Positions 62,310 to 64,000 of a DNA stretch of 64,000 nucleotides are shown in pieces. A program made the translations under genes and the position numbers. Each line of letters begins with the position of its first letter. Position 1 is the first letter of the stretch. The DNA is from Callorhinchus milii. Its lineage: Eukaryota. Location: assembly GCF_018977255.1 (NCBI RefSeq), contig NW_024704742.1:85686001-85750000 (forward strand), written 5' to 3'. The notes under the pieces were generated by a model that was not told where the DNA came from, ran no database searches, and saw nothing but the letters and a program-made list of their open reading frames with translations.

Positions 62310-62612
62310 ATACATCAGCAAAGTACTTTACAGTAATAGCTGTAAAGTTTAGCAACTGTGTATTCTGTAAGCAAACATGGCAGCCAATTTGCACTCAGTA
62401 ATGTTTGACAAACAGCCATAGAGTGAATGAGCATTTTTTTATAGGAGATTGTCTCCAGGACACCAAGAGAAAATCTCTTTTCTTTTCAAATAGTACCTTG
62501 GGATCCTTAACACCCACATGAACAGGCAAAGATCAGGATCTTGGTTTAACATTTACCCGATGGATGGTAGCTCTAACAATGCAGTGTCCCCCCAGCACTG
62601 TTGGGAGTGTCA
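62310..62612 (-). mobile_element. DeuSINE-type SINE in the intron after the CORO2A exon
   Basis: ccaggacaccaagagaaa...gggatccttaacacccacatgaacaggc. Confidence 0.65.
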
Positions 62613-63804
62613 ACAACAACAACTTTCCTTTACATGGCATCCTTCATGCGCACAGTGTTTTGGAGCACAGTGACTGTGCACTCTGCATTCTCACAGCCCT
62701 CTTCTGTGTGAAGAAATGTTTTCTCAATCACAAATGGCTGCAAAAACAACTTGTGAGTTTACTGATGACCTGAATAATTCTTGCATTTGATGCAGTGTCC
62801 TATCATATTCTCCAGGCTTCGCAAACCGTTTAACAGGATTTTACTGCAAAGTATTGCATTGAGATCCCAGCAGAGTGAGAGCAACAAAAACAACAATGGG
62901 TTGTATAGGGCACTATACAAGTGTAACTTGTTGTTATTGTTGTAGTAGTTGGATTTATATGAAGCCCTTCACACGGGGCAGTGTCTCAGAGTGCTTAACA
63001 ATGGTGGAATCTGATGCTGAGCCTGGGGAGGGGAGGAGGTGATCGAAAATGACGGTTGAAAAGGGAGAACACTAAGAACTGCAGGGCCAGCAAATAGTAT
63101 GTTGACTATTCTTGATGAGAGGGGTCTTGTACTCTGCAGTGTTGATCTTCGAGGGCCTTTTTTGGACCCTCATTTCGCAGCAGCAGATTGATCCATATAA
63201 TTCACAATCATATCTGCAAGCTAGAGCATTAGAGTAGCACTGCCATAACAAGTTGCTGCAGTCCTCCTCTTGTCTGAACCCCTTCAGACTTGCAGCCAAG
63301 CGCTGCTAGTTAATCAGATATCTCGTGGCTTGCGCACAACTTGTGTGGCAATCTCTGCTAATGGGTTTGGAGACCACAGTTATTATATTAAGTTATATTA
63401 AAATGAAGTAAAGTGGCCCGTCCCAGGGTCCTAGGGCACTTATATTTAAATGCTATGCATTGTGTTGCTAAATTCCAGAATTGTGAATTTACGGCATTAG
63501 TTGGAAAGAGAAGGGAGTTTCTCCCTGTTGTCTTTGTCAATCCCTCAAATAAAAGTAATCATTCACTTCATGGTTGTTTGTGGGACGCTGCTGTCTGCAA
63601 AATGTCTGCCTTGTTTACATACAAAACACCTAGTCACTGTACTTCACAGTAAATCGTGTGAAATGACGCTTTATCAAATGCAAGGATTATTGAGTATCGT
63701 CATTCTTTCTGGTCCAGGACTAAATAATGCCTTTTATATGATACATTTGGAGGTCTGTTTCTCTCAGTACCAAACAATCTAAATTCAGAGGCGAGTGGAG
63801 GCTT

Positions 63805-64000
63805 TTGAAGTAAGGAAACTTGCCTACGATTTTGCCCCACCTGGGAATGGCAAGCATTCTAACCAATATGCCACAGGACTCCACAATAATATTCCATAGT
63901 AATAATCCTTGCATTTGATATAGCGCCTTATCACCTCTTTGAGACATCTCAAAGCGCTTCACAGAATATACTGCAAAATGGATTGACTGTATTTTGTGGG
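63805..64000 (-). mobile_element. Two tRNA-SINE pieces (deleted head to about 63883; tail from about 63900, running off the window)
   Basis: gtaaggaaacttgcc...caggactccac; aataatccttgcatttgatatagcgcc. Confidence 0.8.

Overview
Eukaryotic (vertebrate) genomic DNA. The repeat content suggests a cartilaginous fish, most likely a holocephalan such as elephant shark; this is inferred from recalled SINE/LINE families and was not confirmed by a search. The only supported protein-coding piece is one 201-nt exon on the + strand (61912-62112) encoding the N-terminus of coronin-2A. The ~62 kb upstream is intron 1 or upstream sequence densely filled with retroposons. These include 5'-truncated L2 LINEs of two tail types, CR1 fragments, an abundant tRNA(Ala)-headed SINE with old and young subfamilies, older DeuSINE-type SINEs, hAT ends and microsatellites. 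Nearly all ORFs in the track are repeat-derived or spurious. Less expected signals are: a short Penelope-like non-autonomous element with a degenerate minimal hammerhead-ribozyme motif (3 copies, one with a 30-bp inverted repeat and a target-site duplication); an unclassified non-coding retroposon of at least 700 bp in about 9 copies; a rearranged 28S rRNA relic; covarying 3' stem-loops shared by the SINEs and L2; and a small degenerate hairpin array. Repeat boundaries were read by eye and are approximate to tens of bp.
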